NCBI GenBank assembly: GCA_034440375.1
Contig: JAWXBZ010000146.1
Location: forward strand, 1-36,648
DNA: 36,648 nucleotides
Reading direction: 5' to 3'
DNA from: Candidatus Eiseniibacteriota bacterium
Lineage (GTDB): Bacteria > Eisenbacteria > RBG-16-71-46 > JABDJR01 > JAWXBZ01
A model generated the notes under the pieces. The model saw nothing but the letters and a program-made list of their open reading frames with translations. It made no database searches and was not told where the DNA came from. Position 1 is the first letter of the stretch. Every line of letters starts with the position of its first letter. This document shows, piece after piece, positions 17,806-27,231 of the stretch. The position numbers and the translations under genes are program-made.

Positions 17806-18432
17806 CTACGGTGTCCGGGGGTAGAACTGCCCCTCGAGGTTTCGCTCGTCCTTGATGCCCAGTTCCATCGCCTTCTTGAAGTGTTCGCGGCCAACCGCAC
17901 GATCGCCCATGGCAAACAGGAACGCCAGCGCGTAGTGAGCCTCTCCATAGTTCGGATCAACCGCCACGGCCCGTTTGTAGGCGGCCAAGGCTTCCGTGCC
18001 GCGATCCATGTTGAACAAAGCGTACCCCAGGACGCGATAGGCCGGTGCGTATTCCGGTTGCGCCGAGATGATCGTTCCGATCAACCGGGCCGACTCCGGG
18101 TAGTTCCGTTCGGCCACCCGGGCCGCGAAAGCCAGGCGGAATGCCATCTCGTACGAATTCTTGAGAGCTGCCGTGTCGAGGCGGGCCCGGTCGCGCGTCA
18201 TTTCCTCGGCACTGGAAAGGCCGGCTAGCTTGAGCCGAATGGCATGGTCATCGGTGGGTCCGTCGGCGTCGGCCATGCCCTGGAAGGGGCCCCGGGGTGC
18301 GGCCACCGGCGGGGCATCGGCAGAAGGTGTTACGGTGGCTTGATCCTTCGCGTTCTGACAACCGGCCACGACCGGAACCAGCCCGATGGCTGCGATCAAG
18401 CCCAGGCGCGGGACCCATGCAAGTCGGCTCAA
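17806..18432 (-). CDS. Tetratricopeptide-repeat lipoprotein
   Basis: Lipobox VAGC; TPRs PEYAPAYRVLGYALF, ALAAYKRAVAVDPNYGEAHYALA. GAAGGAG before TTG. Confidence 0.82.
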   Translation of the reverse strand: MSRLAWVPRLGLIAAIGLVPVVAGCQNAKDQATVTPSADAPPVAAPRGPFQGMADADGPTDDHAIRLKLAGLSSAEEMTRDRARLDTAALKNSYEMAFRLAFAARVAERNYPESARLIGTIISAQPEYAPAYRVLGYALFNMDRGTEALAAYKRAVAVDPNYGEAHYALAFLFAMGDRAVGREHFKKAMELGIKDERNLEGQFYPRTP

Positions 18433-18449
18433 GAAATCTCCTTCATGGG

Positions 18450-19619
18450 CTATTCCACCCAGTCGGCAAGGAAAATGTTCGTTTCGCCCGGGGCTTCCGC
18501 GTTGCGGTTGGACGCAAATACGAGCTTTGTGCCGTCAGGACTGAACATTGGGAAGCCGTCAAAGGTTTCGTTGAAGGTGACCCGATCGAGTCCAGTGCCG
18601 TCCAGGTTCACCAGGTAAAGGTCGAAATTGCGCCCCTTCGGATCGGCCAGATTCGAGGCGAATATCAGCTTCTTTCCCGAAGGATGGAAGAACGGTGCAA
18701 AATTTGCCTTGCCGTTCGAAAACACCACCTGCTGGTTGCCTCCGTCCCGGTTCATCACCATGAGGTCGAGCACGCCGGGCTTGATCAGGTTCTCGGCCAA
18801 CAGGCTCCGATACTCGGCCAGCTCGGCCGGGTCGGTTGGATGGTGAGCGCGGTAGCAGATCAATTTCGAATCGGGCGAGAAAAATGCGCCACCATCGTAC
18901 CCCGGCTTGTTCGTCAGTCGTTTCACGTTCTGCCCGTCGAGGCTCATCGAGTAGAGTTCGAGATCGCCATCTCGGTCCGAGGTGAAGACAATCGTCTTTC
19001 CGTCCGGCGATATCGTGGCCTCGGCGTCGTAGCCCAAGCTTGCCGTCAGCGGCTTCTGGATCCGACCATCCAGACCGGCCTGATAAATGTCGTACGACGG
19101 ATAGAGAGGCCAAACGTAACCGCGCTCGAAGGACGGTTTCGGCGGACATTCCGCGCCGCCGCCGTGGGTCGATGAATAGAGAATGGACTTGCCGTCGGGA
19201 AAGAAGTACGAGCAGGTGGTTCGCCCCATCCCGGTCGACACCAGCCGGCCGGCGAACTCGCGGCCCGCATCCTTGGCCGGGATGTCCATCACGAAAATCT
19301 GGTCGCACGCATACGGCGGACGGCTGGATTGAAGCGTGAGGCGATCGCCATCGAACGAGAAGTAGGCCTCGGCGTTCTCTCCGCCCCGGGTGAGCTGGCG
19401 AATGTTGGCCAGGTGAGGCTCATCCGGAAGCACGGCGAAGTGCGTGCCTTCCGTGCCGACGTCCGTGCTGTCAGCCGGGTGTGTCGACGGGATCCCGAGC
19501 GGTTGATCCGGCGGCACCTGGAGGATTGGCCGGGTGGGCTCCGCCCGGCCACCGGACGCCAACAGACCAACCAGCAAGCCAACGATCAGGGAGACGGCCC
19601 GGACAGCGTGTCGTGTCAA
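18450..19619 (-). CDS. TolB-like PD40/WD40 beta-propeller secreted protein
   Basis: Signal peptide; repeats AYFSFDG, FFPDGKSILY, ISPDGKTIVFTS, FSPDSK, FHPSGKKLIFAS, FSPDGTKLVFAS. Confidence 0.88.
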   Translation of the reverse strand: MTRHAVRAVSLIVGLLVGLLASGGRAEPTRPILQVPPDQPLGIPSTHPADSTDVGTEGTHFAVLPDEPHLANIRQLTRGGENAEAYFSFDGDRLTLQSSRPPYACDQIFVMDIPAKDAGREFAGRLVSTGMGRTTCSYFFPDGKSILYSSTHGGGAECPPKPSFERGYVWPLYPSYDIYQAGLDGRIQKPLTASLGYDAEATISPDGKTIVFTSDRDGDLELYSMSLDGQNVKRLTNKPGYDGGAFFSPDSKLICYRAHHPTDPAELAEYRSLLAENLIKPGVLDLMVMNRDGGNQQVVFSNGKANFAPFFHPSGKKLIFASNLADPKGRNFDLYLVNLDGTGLDRVTFNETFDGFPMFSPDGTKLVFASNRNAEAPGETNIFLADWVE

Positions 19620-20737
19620 TTGAGTGATCCCTTGGTGTACTCGCGGGCCAAAATCCAGTCGTTCGTCTTGAAGATGTCCTTGAGCAGGAGCCGGTCGCGG
19701 TCATTCGGCAAGGCATCATCGAGGTGGCGGTCGTAAGCTTCCGGGGAGAGGAGATCGCCCGTGACGCTGTATGGCTTGCCGGCGTACTCACCAATGGCCC
19801 GTTGAAACTTGACGTCCGGCACCCGGAACGGCGTCTCGCCAGGCGCAATCATCTTGTTGAAACGGCTGACGAGATCCGTCACCTCGGCGTGATACAGGGT
19901 GCGGTTGTACTCGTTCAACTGATCGAGGTCGGCTTCATCCTGGTTCACTTCCTCGTCAAATCGTCCCTTCAGCCCCCAGACATAGGCCCAATGGGCCGAG
20001 GACGAGTGCGAGCTGCCAAACAGGTCGTAGGCCGTCGCAATCCACTTGTTCAGGTACTTCTGGACGATGGCGTTCGGCACCTTTCCGGCCTGGATGATGC
20101 GGCGCAGCCCGTTGTTTCCGGTGCCAAGATGGAAAGACTCCTCGCGCAGCATCGGCGGCATGCTTCGGGCCAGCGGTGCGAAGGCCGAGTGGCTGAGCAT
20201 CTTGAGCTGAAACTTGCCATCGCGGTCGATAAAATCGGCATAAGTGAAAAAATCGAGCCAGTGCTCGATCGGCTCGTTGAACGTGTTGAGAAGCCGTTCG
20301 AAATTGTCGGCGTTGCGCGAGAGGAGTTTCTGCGCCTCCACGCGACCCGTGGTCCCGAAGTACTTCACGAGCAGGTAGGACATCTGCCATCCGTGCCGCA
20401 TCTCCTCGCGCATGACCCGGGCCATGGACATGAGGTCATACGTGTTGGGCGCGGTGTTCAGCAGGAGTTTCTGCTGTTCGACCGAGGCGAACTCGGTGTC
20501 GCCCTGGTAGACGATCAGATGAATGAGCGCATCCCGCACCCGCTGATCGGGTATTTCAATCACCTTCTCCCACTTCCGGCCGCCGGCGTAGGCCCCAAAT
20601 TCGATCTCATCGGAATGAACACCGCCGAAGAGATGTTCGAACTTGTATTCCTCCATCAACTCCTTGTCGATGCCGAGCTTGTCGCGCCAGGTACGGAAGA
20701 GATCGATCCAGTCGTCAAAGGTCGTGATGAGCCGCAT
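19616..20737 (-). CDS. BoxB/PaaA-like ferritin-like diiron aryl-CoA epoxidase/oxygenase subunit
   Basis: QGDTEFASVEQQ, EEMRH and EESFH (two ExxH), DRDGKFQL, SAFAPLAR, DLFGS, GLKGRF. GGAGG RBS. Confidence 0.82.
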   Translation of the reverse strand: MRLITTFDDWIDLFRTWRDKLGIDKELMEEYKFEHLFGGVHSDEIEFGAYAGGRKWEKVIEIPDQRVRDALIHLIVYQGDTEFASVEQQKLLLNTAPNTYDLMSMARVMREEMRHGWQMSYLLVKYFGTTGRVEAQKLLSRNADNFERLLNTFNEPIEHWLDFFTYADFIDRDGKFQLKMLSHSAFAPLARSMPPMLREESFHLGTGNNGLRRIIQAGKVPNAIVQKYLNKWIATAYDLFGSSHSSSAHWAYVWGLKGRFDEEVNQDEADLDQLNEYNRTLYHAEVTDLVSRFNKMIAPGETPFRVPDVKFQRAIGEYAGKPYSVTGDLLSPEAYDRHLDDALPNDRDRLLLKDIFKTNDWILAREYTKGSLN

Positions 20738-20928
20738 GCGGGATGGGCCTCCTGTGCGTGGCCGTGGTCATTTGTCTGGCGTTGCGCTTCGCCATCTGCA
20801 GTTTGTTGCCGTTTAATGGGTTAGCAGCAGTAATGGTGCTACTGCGGGCGGTAAGAATACATGAGTGGATCGCCCTCACGCAATTCCTCGATTGCTTCCT
20901 GGAAGGACTTGAGGAGATGAACTGACAA

Positions 20929-20981
20929 TTGACACCTCGGAAACGCGTGTGAGACTCTTTGGACTAATTAGTGGACTAAGT
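20929..20981 (+). promoter_or_regulatory. Putative promoter/operator of the vapBC pair
   Basis: TTGACA at 20929-20934; palindrome ACTAATTAGT at 20963-20972; GGACTAA repeated at 20961 and 20973. Confidence 0.45.
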
Positions 20982-21003
20982 TACCACACTAACGGAGCGA
21001 CCA

Positions 21004-21318
21004 ATGCCGCGTCCCACAAAGTCCAAACTCCCCCCGGAGACGAGGACTGAAATGAATGTGCACGAGGCGAAGACGCACTTCTCCAAAATCCTCGCCCGCG
21101 TCGAATGTGGCGAAGAGATCACGATCATGCGGGATGGCGAGCCGGTGGCGAAGGTGGTGCCGATCCACCGGCCGCGAATCCTGGGCCAGGATCGTCACCT
21201 GCTGGAAAAAGGAATTGTCTGGATCTCACCGGATTTTGACGAATCGCTGGAAGAGGATGACCTGTTCCATCTGGACGATCCCGATGACCCCCTGTTCAGC
21301 GGGGGAAAAAAGTCGTGA
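21004..21318 (+). CDS. vapB: Phd/YefM-family antitoxin (alternative start at 21052)
   Basis: NVHEAKTHFSKILARVECGEEITIMRDGEPVAKVVP; acidic C-terminus; overlaps the toxin start. Confidence 0.88.
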   Translation: MPRPTKSKLPPETRTEMNVHEAKTHFSKILARVECGEEITIMRDGEPVAKVVPIHRPRILGQDRHLLEKGIVWISPDFDESLEEDDLFHLDDPDDPLFSGGKKS

Positions 21319-21710
21319 CGCTTCTCCTGGACACCCACGTCTTCCTTTGGATGAGCGTGTCTCCGGAACGCCTCAATGCAAACGTTATCGATCGATTGAG
21401 TGAACCGGGAGCCAGGATCTTCCTGTCGGCAGCCACTGCGTTGGAGCTTTCCATCAAGGTTGCCCGGGGTAAGCTCTCCCTTGGCGATTCCGTCGAGACG
21501 TTTCTCGGAGATCGCATGCGCCGCCATCAGCTGATGGAGTTGCCGATGACCAGCCGCCATGCCATCGAGGTCGGCCGGCTGGAATGGCACCATCGCGACC
21601 CGTTCGATCGAATCCTCGTGGCGCAGGCACGATGCGACGACCTGACGCTGGTGACAGGCGACCCACGCATCCTTCGCTATGACGCACAATTTCTTGACGC
21701 ACGCCTATGA
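21315..21710 (+). CDS. vapC: PIN-domain toxin
   Basis: LLLDTHVFLW, ALELSIK, HRDPFDRILVAQA, LVTGD. Confidence 0.92.
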   Translation: MTLLLDTHVFLWMSVSPERLNANVIDRLSEPGARIFLSAATALELSIKVARGKLSLGDSVETFLGDRMRRHQLMELPMTSRHAIEVGRLEWHHRDPFDRILVAQARCDDLTLVTGDPRILRYDAQFLDARL

Positions 21711-23600
21711 GCCATCCGACTTCCATGCGCCAAGCAGTGCCAGCATCCAGAGGAAGTTGCCGCGATCCTCGGAGCCGCTTGAATTGTCACGGATCACCTG
21801 ATCCAGGACCCCCTCGTCGACCATTCCGGACAGCCCTGCCCGCAGGTCTTCCAGGATCGGGTTCGCGGATTCCTTTCGGAACCAGCTCCGGAGTGGTACG
21901 GCAAACCCCTTCTTGGGAGCCGACAGGATCGCCGGCGGCAACCGCCGGCCGATGGTGCGGCGCAAGACGCTCTTCCTCTCGTAGCCGGACATTTTCACAT
22001 CCCGATGAACCCCGACCATCAGTTCGACCAGCCGGAAGTCCAGGAATGGCAGACGGGTTTCAAGGCCATTAGCCATGCTCATCCGATCGACTTTGACGAG
22101 CATATCGTCCGGAAGGCTCACTTTCAGGTGGAAATACATGTGCCGATAGAACGGGTCGGACCACGGGCAGCGACCCATGACGTTGTCCACGTACTCCTCG
22201 ATGGCCACCCGGCGCGGCGCCGGCTGGAGCAAGGCCTTGACCTGGGCCAGGGGCGCCCATCCAACCTTGGCAATCAGCCGGTCTCGGTAAGGCTGATTCG
22301 ACGATTCCAGCACGTTGCGAACGCGATTCGCCCGGTAGCGCAGTCCGCCCCGGGCGAGGCCGGCGGCGGCGCGAGCCAGCACCGGGATCGCCCCGCGTAT
22401 CGGCGACGGCATCCTCTGGAATTGGGCGGCAAACTTCTCGCCCTGGTAACTGGTGTAGCCGGACAGCACCTCATCGCCGCCATCGCCGGTCAGCACCATT
22501 TTCACGTGCCGGCGAGCGGCCCGGCAGACCTGGTAGGTCGGGATCGCCGATGAATCTCCGAACGGCTGATCCGCATGGAGTGACATCGACTGGATCGCCT
22601 GCGGCAGTGTTTCGGCCTCGACCTCTTCCTCGTGATGCCGGGTGCCGAATCGTCCGGCCACGAGCCGGGCCAGTTCCCTCTCGTCATACTCCCGATCGTC
22701 AAAGCCCATCGTGAATGTCCGGACCGGCTCGGTGGTCACGCGGACCATGCTCGAGATGATGCTGGAAGAGTCGAGCCCGCCCGAAAGGAAGGCGCCGAAT
22801 GGTACGTCGCTGCGCATCTGGATTCGAACCGCGTCGTCGAACAGTTCCTCGAATCGAGTGTCCACCGCCCTCCGGTCGGTGCGCATGTCCGACTCCGGCA
22901 CGACAGGCAGCTCCCACCAGGTCGATTCGCGCGGCAGGCCGTCGGCCTCAACGACGAGGCTGTGGCCGGCCGCCAACCGGTGAACATGCCGGTAAAACGT
23001 CTGCGGCGCGGGGACGTAGCCCAGGACCAGGTACACCTCGACCATGTCCAGGCTTTTCTCGTCCGGCACCCCGCCGGCCAGGACACCCCGGATCGTTGAG
23101 GCAAAGACGAGCCGATTCTCATGCACGGCCCAGTGGAGCGGTTTCTCCCCCAGCCGGTCCCGGGAGATGAGGAGACGTCGGCGTCGCTGGTCCCACAGGG
23201 CGAAGGCCCACATGCCGTTGAACTTCGCCTGGCAGGAGTCGCCCCACTGTTCGTAGGACGCCAGGATGACTTCCGTATCGGAGGTCGTTTGGAACTCATG
23301 GCCGAGCCCCTCGAGTTCCGCCTTCAACTCGAGGTAGTTGTAGATCTCACCGTTGAAGGCGATGACCGCATCGCGCCGGGCGTTGACCATCGGCTGGTCG
23401 CCGGTCGACAGATCGATGATGGCAAGCCGCCGGTGGCAAAGAGCCATCCGACCGTCGTCGAAGAACCCTTCGCCATCCGGGCCGCGGCGGGCGAGCGCGT
23501 CGGTCATCGCGCGGAGGCAAAGGCGAGCCTCTTCGACAGCATCCATGCCGGGCAGGCCGGCGGAGCCGTTCAGCCGAAGGAAACCCGCAATTCCGCACAT
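21705..23600 (-). CDS. asnB: Asparagine synthase (glutamine-hydrolyzing) family amidotransferase
   Basis: MCGIAG Ntn Cys, RGPD, FNGEIYN, RDRLGEKPL, FLSGGLDSS, LTGDGGDE, KVDRMSMA, RLPFLD, KKGF. Confidence 0.93.
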   Translation of the reverse strand: MCGIAGFLRLNGSAGLPGMDAVEEARLCLRAMTDALARRGPDGEGFFDDGRMALCHRRLAIIDLSTGDQPMVNARRDAVIAFNGEIYNYLELKAELEGLGHEFQTTSDTEVILASYEQWGDSCQAKFNGMWAFALWDQRRRRLLISRDRLGEKPLHWAVHENRLVFASTIRGVLAGGVPDEKSLDMVEVYLVLGYVPAPQTFYRHVHRLAAGHSLVVEADGLPRESTWWELPVVPESDMRTDRRAVDTRFEELFDDAVRIQMRSDVPFGAFLSGGLDSSSIISSMVRVTTEPVRTFTMGFDDREYDERELARLVAGRFGTRHHEEEVEAETLPQAIQSMSLHADQPFGDSSAIPTYQVCRAARRHVKMVLTGDGGDEVLSGYTSYQGEKFAAQFQRMPSPIRGAIPVLARAAAGLARGGLRYRANRVRNVLESSNQPYRDRLIAKVGWAPLAQVKALLQPAPRRVAIEEYVDNVMGRCPWSDPFYRHMYFHLKVSLPDDMLVKVDRMSMANGLETRLPFLDFRLVELMVGVHRDVKMSGYERKSVLRRTIGRRLPPAILSAPKKGFAVPLRSWFRKESANPILEDLRAGLSGMVDEGVLDQVIRDNSSGSEDRGNFLWMLALLGAWKSDGS

Positions 23601-23722
23601 GTCAGGCCGGGGAGGAAACGTTGATGGGTGGCGAGGGGGACCATGCTTGAATCACCCCTTCAGTATATCGGAAACAGCGACCGCGCTTGCTGCGCCGGGC
23701 TTGCCATCCCATACTCGACCGC

Positions 23723-25969
23723 ATGAAACGAATGTCTGCCGCCGGCGGCTGGGCTGCGATCCTTTACTCGCTCGAGAAATCAAGAGAGGCCGGCGGGCTC
23801 TGGCGTCTGTACCAGCGACTGAACAGCCGGAATGCCTGCAAGACCTGCGCCTTCGGCATGGGCGGACAAACGGGCGGCATGCGCAACGAGTCGGGTGCCT
23901 GGCCGGAAGTGTGCAAGAAATCGATCCAGGCACAGGCGGCCGACATGCAGCCCCCCATCGCGCTCGACCTGTTCGAGCGGACGTCCGTCCGGTCCTTCGA
24001 ATCGATGGATCACCGAACCCTGGAATACCTGGGCCGGATCGGTCACCCGATGGTGCTGGCACCCGGTGATACGCACCTTCGGCCCGTCCAGTGGACCACC
24101 GCCCTCACCGCCATCGCGAACGACTTTCGACGCTTCGCGCCGGATGAGCTGACCTTCTATTCGTCGGGTCGCGCCAGCAATGAAGCGGCGTTCCTGCTTC
24201 AATGTGTGGCCCGGGCAGCCGGCACCAACAACGTTCACAACTGTTCCTTCTACTGTCACCAGGCTTCCGGCGTCGGCTTGACGGAGGCACTCGGATCGGG
24301 AACGGCCTCGGTCACGCTGGACGACCTGGAGCACGCCGACTTTGCCTTTGTCATCGGGGCCAATCCGGCCTCGAACCACCCGCGGCTGATCACCCAGCTC
24401 GTGGCCCTGCGCGAACGCGGCGGGCAGGTGCTGGTGCTCAATCCGGTGCGGGAACTTGGCCTCGAACGGTTCCGTATCCCCTCGAGGCCCTTCTCGCTCC
24501 TGTTCGGGTCACGCGTGTCGGATCTTTATCTTCAACCGCGGATCGGCGGGGACATCGCGGCACTCAAGGGAATGCTCAAGGCCCTGCTGAGTTTTGAAGG
24601 CGCCACCCCGGGCGCCATCGACCGGGCGTTTCTCGATCGGTGCGTCAGCGGGTGGCCGGCGGTGGAGGCCGATATCGCCGCCGTTTCGTGGGAAACCATC
24701 GAGCGACACTCCGGCCTCACCCGCGCGGCCCTGGAGGATGCGGCACGACGCTATGCGAAGTCCCGCGCGGCCCTCTTCCTCTGGGCCATGGGGATCACCC
24801 ACCACGTGCACGGCGTCGACAACGTGCTGGCCATCACGAATCTGGCGCTGGCCCGCGGCATGGTTGGACGACCCCATGCGGGCGTCATGCCGATTCGCGG
24901 CCATTCCAACGTACAGGGAATTGGCTCAGTGGGCGTGGCGCCGGCGCTGAAGGAGGCCTTCGCCGAGCGCCTGACGCGACTGTACGGCATCGAAGTGCCA
25001 AAGGCCCCCGGCCTCGACACGTTTTCGACGATGCTGGCCATGGACGCGGGAAAGATCAAGGGTGCCCTCTGCCTCGGCGGCAACCTCTACAGCTCGAACC
25101 CGGACTCAAGATTCACGAAGCAGGCCATGCAGAAGATCGAGACGACGGTCTACATCTCGACGAAGCTGAATCCGGGGCACTTCCTGGGGCGTGGCCGGAC
25201 GACGTACATCCTTCCCTGCCTGGCGCGTGACGAAGAACGCCAGAAGACGACGCAGGAGAGCATGTTCAACTTCGTGCGACTCTCCGAGGGGGGCTCCGAA
25301 CCCCTGTCGCCCGACATGAAGAGCGAAGTGGAAATCATCGCCAGCCTGGCGGAACGACTCCTGCCCGGAGGAAAGGTCGACTGGTCCCGCTTCCAATCAC
25401 ACGACACGCTTCGCGAGGCCATTGCCGCGGTGGTGCCGGGCTGGGAGGCGCTCAAGGATCTCGGAAAAGGTGGCCGGGAGTTCACGGTTGAGGGACGTGT
25501 CCGGCATGAGCCGAACTTCCTGCTGCCGGGTGGCAGGGCCCGCATGTTCGTCACACCGATCCCGAATAATATCCCGCCGCCCGGGCATCTCATGCTGATG
25601 ACATTTCGGAGCGAGGGGCAGTTCAACACCGTCGTCTATGACAAGGAAGACATCTACCGGGCCATCGACCGCCGCGACGTCGTCCTGCTCAACAGGGAGG
25701 ACGCAGGCGAAATGGGCCTCCAGCACGACGACATCGTCCGGGTGGAAACCGAAGCGGCCCAACTCGACGGCCTCCGGGTCCGATTTCTCGATGTCTCGCG
25801 TGGGAGCCTGGTCATGTACTACCCCGAGGCCAACGCCGTCGTCCCCCGCCGAATCGACCCGAAATCGGGCACGCCGGCATTCAAGAGCACGCTGGTCCGG
25901 CTGGTCAAATCGACGACCCGGCCGGTTGCGCATCATGCGCGAAAGAGTGAGCCGGTCGGCGCGGGATGA
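23723..25969 (+). CDS. FdhF/YdeP-family molybdopterin oxidoreductase
   Basis: CKTCAFG...EVCKK, FYSSGRASNEAA, NCSFYCHQASG, GANPASNHPR, PIRGHSNVQG, RSEGQFNT, YYPEAN, TPAFKS. Confidence 0.9.
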   Translation: MKRMSAAGGWAAILYSLEKSREAGGLWRLYQRLNSRNACKTCAFGMGGQTGGMRNESGAWPEVCKKSIQAQAADMQPPIALDLFERTSVRSFESMDHRTLEYLGRIGHPMVLAPGDTHLRPVQWTTALTAIANDFRRFAPDELTFYSSGRASNEAAFLLQCVARAAGTNNVHNCSFYCHQASGVGLTEALGSGTASVTLDDLEHADFAFVIGANPASNHPRLITQLVALRERGGQVLVLNPVRELGLERFRIPSRPFSLLFGSRVSDLYLQPRIGGDIAALKGMLKALLSFEGATPGAIDRAFLDRCVSGWPAVEADIAAVSWETIERHSGLTRAALEDAARRYAKSRAALFLWAMGITHHVHGVDNVLAITNLALARGMVGRPHAGVMPIRGHSNVQGIGSVGVAPALKEAFAERLTRLYGIEVPKAPGLDTFSTMLAMDAGKIKGALCLGGNLYSSNPDSRFTKQAMQKIETTVYISTKLNPGHFLGRGRTTYILPCLARDEERQKTTQESMFNFVRLSEGGSEPLSPDMKSEVEIIASLAERLLPGGKVDWSRFQSHDTLREAIAAVVPGWEALKDLGKGGREFTVEGRVRHEPNFLLPGGRARMFVTPIPNNIPPPGHLMLMTFRSEGQFNTVVYDKEDIYRAIDRRDVVLLNREDAGEMGLQHDDIVRVETEAAQLDGLRVRFLDVSRGSLVMYYPEANAVVPRRIDPKSGTPAFKSTLVRLVKSTTRPVAHHARKSEPVGAG

Positions 25970-26027
25970 GCCGGAACGGGGTGCGACCCGGAATCGTCCG
26001 ACCCCGTGCCCCACTCCAACGGAACCT

Positions 26028-26630
26028 ATGGACGCCACCGTCACCATCCGCCACGAATCGGACGCCTCGATCCTCGAATCCCGGCAGTGGGTTGACCGCT
26101 CCCTCGAGGCGGTCTTCCCCTTCTTTGCGGATCCGCACAATCTGGAGAGGATTACGCCGGCATTTCTGAAGTTCAAGGTGCTTTCGATGGATACCCCCAC
26201 GATCGAGAGCGGAACGTTGTTGCGCTACCGGCTCAAACTGCACGGCCTGCCCATCCATTGGACCACCCGGATCAAGGATTGGAATCCCCCCCACTCGTTC
26301 CGCGATGTCCAGCTTTCGGGTCCATACCGGCTATGGGATCACACGCATCGCTTCGAGCGGCGGGAGGGCGGAACGCTCATGACGGATATCGTCCGTTTCC
26401 GTACGCCTTTCGACATCCTGCGTCGCACCCCGCTGCTGTCGTGGATCAACCGGGATGTCGAAGCCATCTTCCGTTACCGGCAGACGGTGATCGAGACGAT
26501 GTTGGGCCTGCGATGGGCCGTGTCAGCCCCCCACTCCGACCACCGTGCCGGCGGATTGTGTCACCCCACCGCCGCCACCGCCGCCACCACCGGTCCCGTA
26601 CGGGCCGAAGCTGCTCCTTCATGTCGGTGA
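26028..26630 (+). CDS. SRPBCC/START-like family protein; C-terminus appears extended by a junction
   Basis: VFPFFADPHNLERITP, YRLKLHG, WNPPHSFRDVQLSGPYRLWDHTHRF, IFRYR. Confidence 0.82.
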   Translation: MDATVTIRHESDASILESRQWVDRSLEAVFPFFADPHNLERITPAFLKFKVLSMDTPTIESGTLLRYRLKLHGLPIHWTTRIKDWNPPHSFRDVQLSGPYRLWDHTHRFERREGGTLMTDIVRFRTPFDILRRTPLLSWINRDVEAIFRYRQTVIETMLGLRWAVSAPHSDHRAGGLCHPTAATAATTGPVRAEAAPSCR

Positions 26631-27225
26631 CGTGGTCACCAAGAATCAATGCGCGAGTGGAAGACTGGATCGCTGCGATCAGGCGCTGACGGCGGCCGGT
26701 TTGAGCACGCCGGACGGCCCGTTTTACTACCTGTATCTGCTGGCCGCGCGCGGGACCCAGCCTACGATGTCGGGACTCATGGTTGGGATCGACTACGAAT
26801 CGAGAGCCGCAGGCGATGTGAACAACGGCACGGGCGTCGATGTCTTCTCCTGGACCCTTTGCGCCACCGCCGAATATATCCGGGCCACAACCAACACCTG
26901 GCCCGAGCCGGGGGGATCCAACATCATCGTCTGGAATTACATCGACGACTGCCAGACCAGCGAGATTGCAGTGGCCGGCTACTTCTACACCGGCGTCTAT
27001 TCACCCGATCGCTTTCGCCTGACGCCGGATGAACTAAGCAACGATGTCCAGGTCAGCAACTGCGATCTGCAAGGATTCGACCTCGCGGCAAAAGACCTTG
27101 GCTACGTCGAGTTTTCGGACGGCGCCAAGGCGCGCGGCTGCAATCCATGTCTCGTGGATTGTTCCGGGGCGGTAACGGTGGCTCCGACAACCTGGAGTCG
27201 GATCAAGACACTCATCGGGAAATAG
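26506..27225 (+). pseudogene. 5'-truncated Cys-rich extracellular protein with poly-Pro linker and C-terminal PTTWSRIKTL motif
   Basis: Frame is open from about 26491 (ACDGPCQPPTPTTVPADCVTPPPPPPPPP...) but has no RBS or signal peptide. Ends GCNPCLVDCSGAVTVAPTTWSRIKTLIGK*. Confidence 0.55.
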
Positions 27226-27231
27226 ATTGAA

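Noticed and set aside
20743-20925. 60-aa ORF and small hairpins (GCAGTA...TACTGC) between the diiron gene and vapB
   Set aside because: No convincing RBS or motif, and no recognisable ncRNA family; likely divergent promoter DNA.
21705-23600. AsnB as a lasso-peptide cyclase
   Set aside because: It has an intact Ntn glutaminase domain (MCGI), and no precursor, B1/RRE or B2 peptidase gene is nearby.
24238-24262. Selenocysteine in the FdhF/YdeP-like enzyme
   Set aside because: The Mo-ligand position is Cys (TGT) in CSFYCHQ; there is no in-frame TGA.
26566-26592. CCACCGCCG repeats as a CRISPR or VNTR
   Set aside because: They simply encode a poly-proline linker; there are no spacers.
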